In this document: positions 9,774 to 18,244 of the stretch, one piece after another
Numbering within the stretch: the first letter of the stretch is position 1
How the letters are laid out: each line of letters begins with the position of its first letter
Assembly (NCBI GenBank): GCA_902773835.1
Contig: CACYFZ010000004.1
Span: 7,325 to 71,324, forward strand
Reading direction: 5' to 3'
Origin: an uncultured Eubacteriales bacterium
GTDB lineage: Bacteria > Bacillota > Clostridia > Peptostreptococcales > Anaerovoracaceae
Length of the DNA stretch: 64,000 nt
Notes under the pieces: generated by a model
The model's input: only the letters and a program-made list of their open reading frames with translations
Databases searched by the model: none
What the model was told of the DNA's origin: nothing
Position numbers and translations under genes: made by a program

Positions 9774-10610
9774 TTAAATCTCTATGGCCATATCCGCTAC
9801 TTTGGCGAATATATCCTGTATATGAGTCGCAGCTTCGGTAACTTCTGCGCCGGAAAGCGGCTGATCGAGAACGCCTGCAGCCATGTTGGAAAGGAATGTA
9901 ATTCCTATGATTTCGCAGCCTGCGTGGTTGGCAATTATCGCTTCCGGAACAGTAGACATGCCTGCAGCATCCGCGCCTATAGTCCTTCCGAAGTTAATCT
10001 CAGCCGGGGTCTCAAAAGAAGGTCCCGTAAACATGGCATAAACACCCTCGTAGAGTTTGATACCTTCTTCATCTGCCCTCTTCATCAATTTTTCCCTGAG
10101 CTCGGGATTATACGTATATGTCATATCCGGGAATCTCGGTCCGTATTCATCAAGATTAGGGCCGATAAGAGGATTGTTGCCGGACAGGTTTATGTGATCT
10201 TTTATGAGCATCAGATTACCCATCTCCCAATTCTTATTTATGCATCCCGCAGCATTTGTGATGATAAATCTCTTGGTGCCGAGCGCCACCAATACTCTCG
10301 CGGGAAAAGCCGCTTTGTCCATGTCTCCGCTTTCGTAATAATGAAAGCGTCCTGCCATCAGCAAGACTTTCTTCCCGAGATATGTTCCGTAAATAAGTTT
10401 CCCTCTGTGATCAGAGACTGCGCCTGCCTGCATATTAGGTATATCATCATATGACAGAACAATAGGGTTCTCTATTCTGTCCGCATAATCATTAAGACCG
10501 GAGCCGAGTATGACTGCGACATCCGGACTTTCTATGCCTTTAGACTTTAAGAAGCCTGCACTTTCTCTTACTCTCTCAGCGAGATTTTCTCTTAAATAAG
10601 CGTTAAGCAT
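9774..10610 (-). CDS. Purine nucleoside phosphorylase (PNP family I, PunA-like)
   Basis: It contains ILGSGL, GRFHYYE and GMSTVPE motifs. I moved the start to the ATG at 10610 because GGAGGAGAGG lies 6 nt upstream. The track ORF begins at 10634. Confidence 0.8.
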   Translation of the reverse strand: MLNAYLRENLAERVRESAGFLKSKGIESPDVAVILGSGLNDYADRIENPIVLSYDDIPNMQAGAVSDHRGKLIYGTYLGKKVLLMAGRFHYYESGDMDKAAFPARVLVALGTKRFIITNAAGCINKNWEMGNLMLIKDHINLSGNNPLIGPNLDEYGPRFPDMTYTYNPELREKLMKRADEEGIKLYEGVYAMFTGPSFETPAEINFGRTIGADAAGMSTVPEAIIANHAGCEIIGITFLSNMAAGVLDQPLSGAEVTEAATHIQDIFAKVADMAIEI

Positions 10611-11082
10611 AATAAACCTCTCCTCCGTTAACATATTTGTTTACATACGGCTGTACGAGTTCTCTGGCCGCAGCTATGCTTATCTTCTTGGCATCCGCTA
10701 TCTTGGCCAGATCTTCATATTCTATCTTGGCCTTTCTGATGCCGTAGCCGCTTGCAACCTTCACTCTCACTCTTCCGTGAGGAGTCTCTATTTCCTTTTC
10801 CATGCGTTCCAAAATATATCGCTCTGAAATAACTTCTCTTATTCCGATTGTTGTGGTGTATTTGAATATGAGGCGGAGCATCTTCTGCTTTTCCTCTTCA
10901 TCATCTCCGCACATGACGGTGAGCAGGAATCCCGGGCGACCCTTCTTCATCGATATCTTCTTAATGCTGACGTCTTTGGCGCCTTCTCTCATCAGAACTT
11001 CGGACGCATAGGCGAGTTCTTCACCCGTCATATCGTCGATATTACATTCAAACTCACATACTCTGTCCTTATTCTCACTCAT
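10603..11082 (-). CDS. larC: LarC C-terminal module (LarC2) of the nickel-pincer cofactor nickel insertase
   Basis: 159 aa beginning MSENKDRVCEFECNIDDMTGEEL. It has its own GAGGAGAA RBS and is in a different frame from larC1. Confidence 0.7.
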   Translation of the reverse strand: MSENKDRVCEFECNIDDMTGEELAYASEVLMREGAKDVSIKKISMKKGRPGFLLTVMCGDDEEEKQKMLRLIFKYTTTIGIREVISERYILERMEKEIETPHGRVRVKVASGYGIRKAKIEYEDLAKIADAKKISIAAARELVQPYVNKYVNGGEVYYA

Positions 11083-11105
11083 AACTTTTCTCCTCGGATA
11101 TAGCC

Positions 11106-11969
11106 CTATCTATCATTAGTCAATATCACTGTTACGCAGTTCGGTCTCTCGAAATCCTTTCGTCCGCTGCCGCGTCCCAAGGATAATTCTTCTTTAAAGC
11201 TGTTTTTGTCTTCATCTACCAGGGTATCGGCATTATCGCTGAGCTCTCCGAACCTGCCGCCGAATTCGGTTCCGAAGTATTTAAGAATTGCAGCACCCGT
11301 TGGTGTGCATAGCTCTCCTTCTATCTCCCCTCCGTAGGTCGGAAGGCCTTCGAGTATATTCTCGGTCGCAGGCGCCGGCACGGGCATTAGCCCATGAGCG
11401 CACATCACATGTCCCGTGCCGACATGGATGTCCGACACGCTTACGGCGTCTGCCTTTATCTTATTCATGAGATAACACGCAGCCGCCGCATCCGCCACGG
11501 CATCCATGCTTCCGACCTCATGAAAATGCACTTCGCTGACAGGCGCATCATGTGCGACAGCTTCAGCCTCAGCTATAATCCGATAAACCCCCATCACATC
11601 TTCTTTGATTTTATCTGAAATATTCAGGTGGCTTACTATATGTTCAATATCTCCCAGGGTATTGTGTTCATGATGATGGTGATGTCCGTCACCGTGCTCA
11701 TGATCGTGTTCATGATGGTGGTCATGGTCATGATCGTGATGGGCGTGCACATCCTCGGTCACTTCCTCTTCCCCTTTATATGTCACTCTTACATGAGTAC
11801 ACTTAAGTCCGCACTTCTCGTCATCATACGCTTCATATCTGATTCCGGGTATTCCGATTCTATTCAATTCCTTTACGACTTTTTCTCTGTCCGGCATCAG
11901 CTCCAGAAGTGCCGCAGTAATCATATCTCCCGCAGCCCCCATGCTGCAGTCTATATACATATGTTTCAT
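11106..11969 (-). CDS. larC: LarC N-terminal module (LarC1) with a His-rich metal-binding stretch
   Basis: 287 aa beginning MKHMYIDCSMGAAGDMITAALLEL. The His-rich run HAHHDHDHDHHHEHDHEHGDGHHHHHEH lies at about 11634-11717. Confidence 0.75.
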   Translation of the reverse strand: MKHMYIDCSMGAAGDMITAALLELMPDREKVVKELNRIGIPGIRYEAYDDEKCGLKCTHVRVTYKGEEEVTEDVHAHHDHDHDHHHEHDHEHGDGHHHHHEHNTLGDIEHIVSHLNISDKIKEDVMGVYRIIAEAEAVAHDAPVSEVHFHEVGSMDAVADAAAACYLMNKIKADAVSVSDIHVGTGHVMCAHGLMPVPAPATENILEGLPTYGGEIEGELCTPTGAAILKYFGTEFGGRFGELSDNADTLVDEDKNSFKEELSLGRGSGRKDFERPNCVTVILTNDR

Positions 11970-12748
11970 CTCTTAGCCTCCATGTGATTTATCATATGTG
12001 CCATATATCCGGCACCGAAACCGTTATCTATATTCACCACCGAAACGCCGCTGGCGCATGAATTCATCATAGACAGAAGTGCCGTAAGGCCTTCAAATGA
12101 AGCGCCGTATCCTACACTGGTAGGTACCGCTATAACAGGACAGTCCGCAAGTCCTCCTATCACGCTGGCAAGCGCTCCTTCCATTCCTGCAATAGCGATT
12201 ACAACACTTGCGTTCATTATCTCTTCTTTCTTATCCAAAAGCCTGTGAAGCCCGGCCACACCTACATCGTAAAGCCTGATTACTTCATTTCCGAGAGCCT
12301 CGAGTGTAACGGCAGCTTCCTCTGCTACCGGCATATCACTCGTTCCGCCGGTTGCAACTACAACTTTTCCGAGCCCCGACGCCTCAGGCTTGTTACCGAC
12401 CAGCCCGATACGAGCTTTATCATAATATGTATATGGTAAACCAAGTTTCAGGGCCGACTTTTTGACAATTTCAGACTTATCGGAATCCATTCTTGTAATG
12501 AGAATATCTTCCTGACCGTCTTTTGAAAGCGACTCGATTATCCCTGATATCTGCTCAGCAGTCTTTCCCGCACCGTAAATAACTTCGGACACACCCTGCC
12601 TTATCTTCCTGTGAAGATCCACCTTGGCATATCCGAGGTCATCGAAAGGTTTAAGCCTTATCTTCTCCGCAGCCTCTTCCGCAGTCATCTCTTTGCTTTC
12701 AACTGCCCTTAGTATTTCTTTTACATCCATCTCTTTATCCGTTATCAT
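11966..12748 (-). CDS. larB: LarB (pyridinium-3,5-biscarboxylic acid mononucleotide synthase, PurE-like)
   Basis: 260 aa with an AIR-carboxylase-like core (VVVATGGTSDMPVAEEA...AIAGMEGALASV). It overlaps the larC1 start by 4 nt. Confidence 0.8.
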   Translation of the reverse strand: MITDKEMDVKEILRAVESKEMTAEEAAEKIRLKPFDDLGYAKVDLHRKIRQGVSEVIYGAGKTAEQISGIIESLSKDGQEDILITRMDSDKSEIVKKSALKLGLPYTYYDKARIGLVGNKPEASGLGKVVVATGGTSDMPVAEEAAVTLEALGNEVIRLYDVGVAGLHRLLDKKEEIMNASVVIAIAGMEGALASVIGGLADCPVIAVPTSVGYGASFEGLTALLSMMNSCASGVSVVNIDNGFGAGYMAHMINHMEAKR

Positions 12749-12757
12749 TTATATCCT

Positions 12758-13501
12758 CTATCTCGGATTCTCATCTATCTCTATCCAATCATATATCCTG
12801 CCGAGAGCGGTTCTTATTTCATCCGCTCTTTCAAAGGCTTCCTCAAGCTGATCTTGTTTTACCTGAACCAGGGCATCGTTTCCTCTCCATCTTACTCTGA
12901 AATCTCTGAACCCCATATCATAAAGAATGCGCTCAGCTTTCTCCGTACCCTTAAGCTTTGATTCCGTTATCCTCTCACCATGAGGAATCCTGGTTGCAAG
13001 GCAGGCATAAGCGGGTTTATCCCAGATATCCAAGCCTGCTCTGCGGGCTCCTTCTCTCACCTCTTCTTTAGTGATGCCGCACAGCCTCAGAGGAGATATA
13101 ATTCCGAGCTCCTTCAGAGCCTTCATCCCCGGCCTGTCATCCGCATCATCAGAGGCATTGGTACCATCCGATATAATACCATATCCGTCATCGGCTGCCG
13201 CCTCCTTTATTCTGCTCATAATGTGAAGCTTGCAGTGATAGCATCTGTCCTCAGGATTGGATACGACAGTCTCATCTTCAAGCACAGACATAGTAATCTG
13301 CACCATATCCGCCCCCAGATAATCCGCAATCTTCCTCGCATCTTCAAATTCGAACGCCGGATTAAACTCCGATCTGACACAATAAGCTCTCACATCCGCA
13401 CCGGACTTCACAGCCTCACTGAGCAGAAATGCCGAATCCACGCCACCCGAAAAGGCCACCGCTATCTTCGGATTCAATTCAAAGAATTCTTTCAAAGTCA
13501 T
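12758..13501 (-). CDS. larE: LarE (ATP-dependent sacrificial sulfur transferase, PP-loop)
   Basis: PP-loop motif AFSGGVDS. The start is uncertain. I chose the ATG at 13501 (MTLKEFF...), while the track ORF begins at a GTG at 13573. Confidence 0.7.
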   Translation of the reverse strand: MTLKEFFELNPKIAVAFSGGVDSAFLLSEAVKSGADVRAYCVRSEFNPAFEFEDARKIADYLGADMVQITMSVLEDETVVSNPEDRCYHCKLHIMSRIKEAAADDGYGIISDGTNASDDADDRPGMKALKELGIISPLRLCGITKEEVREGARRAGLDIWDKPAYACLATRIPHGERITESKLKGTEKAERILYDMGFRDFRVRWRGNDALVQVKQDQLEEAFERADEIRTALGRIYDWIEIDENPR

Positions 13502-13626
13502 ACAGCTATTATATTTGCATTCGGGACTTAATTCCACAAGTCCCACCATTATTATCATTGTATTTATTGCCACTCATTCATTAGCATGATAAAATTTTAA
13601 CACTACTAATCATTGGGAGGTGCGAT

Positions 13627-15420
13627 GTGGAAAGACAGCCTATTTATACAGAATTATCAAATTGCAGGGATTGCTATAAATGTGTAAGGACCTGCCCTGT
13701 AAAGGCAATCCAAATAAAGGATGCTCATGCGGAAATCATTCATGATCGCTGCACATTCTGCGGTATTTGTGTAAACGAATGCCCTAATGATGTAAAGCAG
13801 ATAAGAAATGATGTTGACAGAGCCGTTATGGCCATGATGTCAAAGCGCAGAGTTATTGTTTCTCTGGCCCCTGCATACGTATCTGAATTTCAGGGACTCG
13901 GAAGCAATTTCGTAAGAGCTCTCTATAAGCTCGGCTTTGATGATGTGTCGGAAACAGCCATAGGAGCCGCCTTAGTATCACAAGCTCTGGACATTTATTA
14001 CAAAGAACACGGAGATGCACCGTTTATTTCAACGGCTTGTCCTTCCGTAGTCGAGCTTGTAAAAAAATACTTTCCTCAGTTCATTCCGGATCTGGCACCT
14101 GTGCCGTCTCCTCTTCAGGCTCACAGCGCTTATCTGAGGCATCTGTACGGAGATGACATAGTTATTGTATTTATCGGCCCTTGCATCGCCAAGAAACTCG
14201 AAGCTGATGAATACCCGGGTTATCCGGATATCGCTCTCACGTTCAGAGAGGTTGAGGCCTGGCTTGAAGAAGAGAATATTGATCTGGAAAACATCGATAC
14301 GGGAATACCTATCAACTTCATCCCTACGAAAGCAGGAAGAGCCGCTATCTACCCTATAGATAACGGCCAGATTGAAACATCTAAAATTTGGATGGGCGAT
14401 TTCGTTAATCAGTCTGCTCTATCCGTGTCGGGAACAGCCAGAGTCCTCTCCTCTTTTAAGGGCAGTCATACCTCGGATTTCCTTGAAGTCCTTAACTGTG
14501 ACGGAGGCTGCATTAACGGACCGGGCTCTTCAAAGATAGATTCAGCAATAATAAGAAAAAAAGCCGTTGCAAGTCACGTTGTAGAAAGACTTAAAGAAGA
14601 TGACGTGTTCGACGGAGATGAAGACTTTGCCAAAGTGCTTCTTGAACAAGGATACGGAATTCTTAAAGGTCCTTCACCTGAAGGAATTCCTGTTTCCGCA
14701 AGCAATCACAGCGAAGATGAAATCCAGCAGGCTCTGCTCAGTCTGGGAAAGAACGGCCCCGATGACGAACTCAACTGCGGAGGCTGCGGTTATCCGAGCT
14801 GCAGAGATATGGCTACGGCTCTTTTGGACGGCCTGGCCGAAACCGAAATGTGCGTAACAAAGATGAGAAAAGACGCCGAAAGCAAGGTTGATATTCTTCT
14901 GTCCACGATTCCGCACGGAGTCGTTATAGTGGATAAGAATCTCAATATAGCAGACTGCAATAAGCGTTTTGTTGACATGTTCGAAGACTTCCCTGAAGGC
15001 TTTCTGGATGCTGACGGCCTTAAATCATTTCGAGGCTCCCCTGTTTCCATGTTCGTTCCTTTCGAGGATCAGTTCCGCGAACAGTTCCTGGCATCAAAGA
15101 CTTCGCAGTATAGGTTTAAACACGAAGGAAAGATCATAAGAATCACCTTCTTCCTTGTGGAAAGCAAGGAGCTTCTCGGTGCACTGTTTGAGGACATAAC
15201 TACCCCTACCGTAAGACGTGAAGCTGTTGTAGAAAAAGCCGAAGACGTAATTACCAAGACTCTCAGTTCCGTTCAGCAAATCGCCTCCCTGCTCGGAGAA
15301 AGCGCAGCTGAAACCGAAATCGTTCTGAACTCCATTATTGAAGAGTTCAATGTACATTCGGAAGGATCCGGAGAAAGCGGCCTCATTGAAGAAAGCGAGG
15401 GAGATTCGAATGCTGAATGA
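13627..15420 (+). CDS. Sensory-type [FeFe] hydrogenase-like protein (HydS/HfsB-like) with a C-terminal PAS domain
   Basis: 597 aa. It has two N-terminal CxxCxxCxxxCP ferredoxin motifs. The H-cluster motifs are degenerate: STACPS in place of TSCCP, GPCIAKKLE in place of MPCxxKxxE, and EVLNCDGGCINGPG. A further CGGCGYPSC...C motif precedes a PAS-like segment. Confidence 0.75.
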   Translation: MERQPIYTELSNCRDCYKCVRTCPVKAIQIKDAHAEIIHDRCTFCGICVNECPNDVKQIRNDVDRAVMAMMSKRRVIVSLAPAYVSEFQGLGSNFVRALYKLGFDDVSETAIGAALVSQALDIYYKEHGDAPFISTACPSVVELVKKYFPQFIPDLAPVPSPLQAHSAYLRHLYGDDIVIVFIGPCIAKKLEADEYPGYPDIALTFREVEAWLEEENIDLENIDTGIPINFIPTKAGRAAIYPIDNGQIETSKIWMGDFVNQSALSVSGTARVLSSFKGSHTSDFLEVLNCDGGCINGPGSSKIDSAIIRKKAVASHVVERLKEDDVFDGDEDFAKVLLEQGYGILKGPSPEGIPVSASNHSEDEIQQALLSLGKNGPDDELNCGGCGYPSCRDMATALLDGLAETEMCVTKMRKDAESKVDILLSTIPHGVVIVDKNLNIADCNKRFVDMFEDFPEGFLDADGLKSFRGSPVSMFVPFEDQFREQFLASKTSQYRFKHEGKIIRITFFLVESKELLGALFEDITTPTVRREAVVEKAEDVITKTLSSVQQIASLLGESAAETEIVLNSIIEEFNVHSEGSGESGLIEESEGDSNAE

Positions 15421-16699
15421 TATTTGCATTGATATCGATTTTTCACAGATATATAAGCACGGCCAAAACATCGGTGGTGATGTTTTCCTTATAGACAGAT
15501 CCGAAGGCAGCAACATCCTTACCGCCACTCTTTCTGACGGACTCGGATCCGGTGTTAAGGCAAACGTCCTTGCATCCATGACTTCGCATATGGCATCCAA
15601 GATGTCATTCTCTCCTCTTGAGCTCGGTCACTCGGCGGAGATAATTATGGACACCCTACCGGTAGACAAGGAAAAAGGCATCAGTTATTCGACCTTTACA
15701 ATAGCCAAGGTTGTCTTTTCGGAAGATAAGTCCTTTATCAACGTGGATCTGGTTGAGTACGACAATCCCGACAGTCTCAGGTTCAGAGGATCAGAAGCTC
15801 TTGATTGGGAAAAAGAAGAAACTAAACTGCAAAGAAAAAGCGCCGTAAAGGATGAGACAATCCTTACATCATCATTTTCCATGAGTGAAGGAGATCGTCT
15901 TATATTCTTCAGTGACGGTGTTGCTCAGTCCGGCGTATCACTAGGTAACCTCCCTTCAGACAAGGAAAGAGAACCGGTCTATTACGGTGGCGCCGTATTA
16001 CATAAACATGCGGCGATAAAAGCTGCGATCGAATCCGAGAAAGAAAAAGAATGGGGTTCGGAAAATGTAAAGACGTTCGTAGCAGATATTCTGCGCCGGC
16101 AGCCTGAAATAGATTCGAGATCATTATCCAGGGCCATAGTTACCGAGGCATACAAGAGGGATAACTACCACTCAAATGATGATATAACATGTGCCGTAGT
16201 TGCAATAAGAAAACCGAAAAGAACTTTGATAGTAACAGGTGCACCGAGAAATAAATCATCAGATAAAAGATTGGCTGAGATTGTAAAAAACTACGAAGGT
16301 AAAACTATTGTATGCGGCGGAACCACATCAAAGATTATCGCAAGAGAACTCGGTAAAGATATAAAAGCGGACAGAAGCCCGTCCGGTAATCTGCCGCCTG
16401 CAGCTTTACTCGAAGGTGTCGATTTGGTCACCGAAGGCATGCTGACGCTCAGTGAAGTTGCCAAGCGTCTTGAAAACAAAACCCTGCTTAAAGATATGCC
16501 TGAAGATCCTGCCAAAAGAATCATAAGTATTCTAAGGGAGTCTGACCAGTTTGAGATAATCGTCGGAACGAAGATTAATGATGAGACTGACGATCCGACA
16601 ACGGCCGCACAAATAGGAGTACGCTTCCCTGTTGTTGACAGAATAAGGAATGCATTGGAACGAAAATATTTCAAAGAAGTGGAAGTCAAATACTACTAA
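15410..16699 (+). CDS. PP2C/SpoIIE-family serine phosphatase with an uncharacterised C-terminal domain of about 150 aa
   Basis: PPM motifs are present (GGDVFLI...LSDGLGSGVKA...FSDGV...DDITC). I chose the ATG at 15410, which overlaps the hydrogenase stop in ATGCTGAATGA. The track ORF begins at 15338. Confidence 0.7.
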   Translation: MLNDICIDIDFSQIYKHGQNIGGDVFLIDRSEGSNILTATLSDGLGSGVKANVLASMTSHMASKMSFSPLELGHSAEIIMDTLPVDKEKGISYSTFTIAKVVFSEDKSFINVDLVEYDNPDSLRFRGSEALDWEKEETKLQRKSAVKDETILTSSFSMSEGDRLIFFSDGVAQSGVSLGNLPSDKEREPVYYGGAVLHKHAAIKAAIESEKEKEWGSENVKTFVADILRRQPEIDSRSLSRAIVTEAYKRDNYHSNDDITCAVVAIRKPKRTLIVTGAPRNKSSDKRLAEIVKNYEGKTIVCGGTTSKIIARELGKDIKADRSPSGNLPPAALLEGVDLVTEGMLTLSEVAKRLENKTLLKDMPEDPAKRIISILRESDQFEIIVGTKINDETDDPTTAAQIGVRFPVVDRIRNALERKYFKEVEVKYY

Positions 16700-16753
16700 T
16701 AGTTGTATTTTTTGTTGGATAACAATAAAAAACAAAGAAAAACATTATTTCTA

Positions 16754-16782
16754 TTGCACAAATGCACTTTGAGTAGTACAAT
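16754..16782 (+). promoter_or_regulatory. Near-consensus sigma70-type promoter
   Basis: TTGCAC at 16754-16759, an exact 17 nt spacer, then TACAAT at 16777-16782. Confidence 0.55.
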
Positions 16783-16788
16783 AAGGCC

Positions 16789-17135
16789 AAGAAATAAAGA
16801 GATATTCAGATATACGAAAACGCGTCAGAGACGCAGAAATGAGAGGGCAGACCAATGGGAATATCTAAGAAGGGGCTGTTCCACTAGCAAGCACTGTAAG
16901 GCAAGCCGACTTCACGGCAGACAGAAAGTGCGCGAGACGGAGCACCAATTGACAGCAGCAATGCAGTCGGAAGCAGCCTGAGACAGACAAGCAGAAACCG
17001 CACGGACCACCGTCCTGTTGCAAATGGTAACAGGGTCTGAGCAAACCGGTAGTACAAGGATTCGGAGTACAAGAAAGCCGGACAACAGAATATTAGGAAG
17101 TAACGGACGGGCAAATGCCCGTCCGATTTGTTTAT
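16789..17135 (+). ncRNA. Candidate non-coding RNA of unknown class, about 345 nt
   Basis: It is bounded by the promoter above and by an intrinsic terminator at 17104-17135. The plus strand is purine-rich and U-poor with several local hairpins. The only overlapping ORFs have implausible composition and no RBS. Confidence 0.4.
17104..17135. terminator. Intrinsic terminator, probably bidirectional
   Basis: CGGACGGGC-AAAT-GCCCGTCCG forms a 9 bp GC stem followed by ATTTGTTTAT on the plus strand. It also lies 70 nt downstream of the asd stop on the minus strand. Confidence 0.75.
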
Positions 17136-17194
17136 CCGTCTATATTTTATTATTACTTCTTGCGCTGAAGCAGCACATCATATAAAAGATTTTT

Positions 17195-18232
17195 CTACTT
17201 CTCGATAAGCAGCTCTGCAATCTGAACAGTATTGGTAGCTGCGCCCTTTCTAACTTGGTCGCCGCAGCACCAAAGGTTGATGCCGTTTTCGTTTACGAGG
17301 TCTCTTCTGATTCTTCCTACGTATACGATGTCTTGATTTGAAGTCAGAAGCGGCATCGGATATTCCTTCTTATCTCCGTTGTCATAAAGCTTAGCGCCCG
17401 CTGCCTCTGAAATAGCTTTCTTAACATCTTCAACTTCCAGTCTGTCTTCCGTGATCACACATGCGGAAATTGCGTGCGATCTCTCAACAGGAACTCTTAC
17501 GCAAGTGCAGGAAACCTTAAGTTCAGGAAGATGGAGAATCTTTCTTCCTTCATTCTGGAGTTTCATCTCTTCGCTTGAGTATCCGTTGTCGCCGAAACCA
17601 CCGATCTGCGGGATAAGGTTGTAGGCAATCTGATACTGGAATACTTCAGGATTAATATCTGCTCCGTATGAGTTGCCCTCTCCGCCTTCTGCTCTCGCCT
17701 TAAGAATCGCCTCAGACTGATTGTACATCTCGATAGGACCTGCGGCTCCTGCTCCGCTTGTAGCCTGATAGGAAGAAGCATAAATGCCGGTAATCTTGGA
17801 CAGTTTGGCAATAGCATTGATAGCAACCAGAGTTACAATAGTTGTGCAGTTCGGATTACTGATGATGCCGTTATGCTTATATGCATCCTCAGGATTGATT
17901 TCAGGGACTACCAGCGGCACGTCATCATAAAGTCTGAAAGCCGATGAATTGTCTACGAATACAGCACCTGCTGCCTTGATATGAGGCGCCATAGCCTCTG
18001 CTATATCATTTTCCGATGCGCCGAGAACGATGTCCAGACCTTCAAATGCATCAGGAGCCGTCTCTACTATTGTTACATCACCGAAAGCTGTGTTAAGTGT
18101 CTTTCCTGCAGATCTGGAACTTGCCAGTGCTCTGAGTTCTCCGACCGGGAAGTTTCTCTCGGCCATAACCTTGATCATTTCCTGTCCTACGGCACCCGTT
18201 GCGCCCATAACGCCTACATTGTACTTTTTCAT
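17195..18232 (-). CDS. asd: Aspartate-semialdehyde dehydrogenase
   Basis: 345 aa with N-terminal GATGAVGQ and the active-site region SNPNCTT. Confidence 0.9.
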   Translation of the reverse strand: MKKYNVGVMGATGAVGQEMIKVMAERNFPVGELRALASSRSAGKTLNTAFGDVTIVETAPDAFEGLDIVLGASENDIAEAMAPHIKAAGAVFVDNSSAFRLYDDVPLVVPEINPEDAYKHNGIISNPNCTTIVTLVAINAIAKLSKITGIYASSYQATSGAGAAGPIEMYNQSEAILKARAEGGEGNSYGADINPEVFQYQIAYNLIPQIGGFGDNGYSSEEMKLQNEGRKILHLPELKVSCTCVRVPVERSHAISACVITEDRLEVEDVKKAISEAAGAKLYDNGDKKEYPMPLLTSNQDIVYVGRIRRDLVNENGINLWCCGDQVRKGAATNTVQIAELLIEK

Positions 18233-18244
18233 TTGATCTCCTCC

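Noticed and set aside
11634-11717. A CAT/GAT-rich repetitive DNA stretch, possibly a microsatellite or a slippage-prone tract.
   Set aside because: It encodes the His/Asp-rich metal-binding segment of LarC1 in frame. It is an imperfect repeat rather than a simple tandem repeat.
10603-11969. larC is broken into two ORFs in different frames, which could indicate a pseudogene.
   Set aside because: A split larC1/larC2 is a known natural arrangement. The second part has its own strong RBS and an intact reading frame.
16703-17114. ORFs 16703..16981 (+, 92 aa) and 16884..17114 (-, 76 aa) as protein-coding genes.
   Set aside because: Neither has an RBS. The first starts upstream of the mapped promoter. 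Composition is implausible: one is Arg/Lys/Gln-rich and the other Leu/Cys/Phe-rich. I treat the region as a candidate RNA.
16789-17135. Identifying the candidate RNA as RNase P RNA, tmRNA, SRP RNA, 6S RNA or a c-di-GMP-I riboswitch.
   Set aside because: It lacks the GGAAAGUCC and GGUAAGGGUGAAA blocks of RNase P and the tRNA-like CCA end of tmRNA. GGAAGCAGCC is present, but its context does not form the SRP helix-8 GGAA tetraloop. The GEMM-like GCAAACC/AAAGCC words are not in the right stems, and no gene follows.
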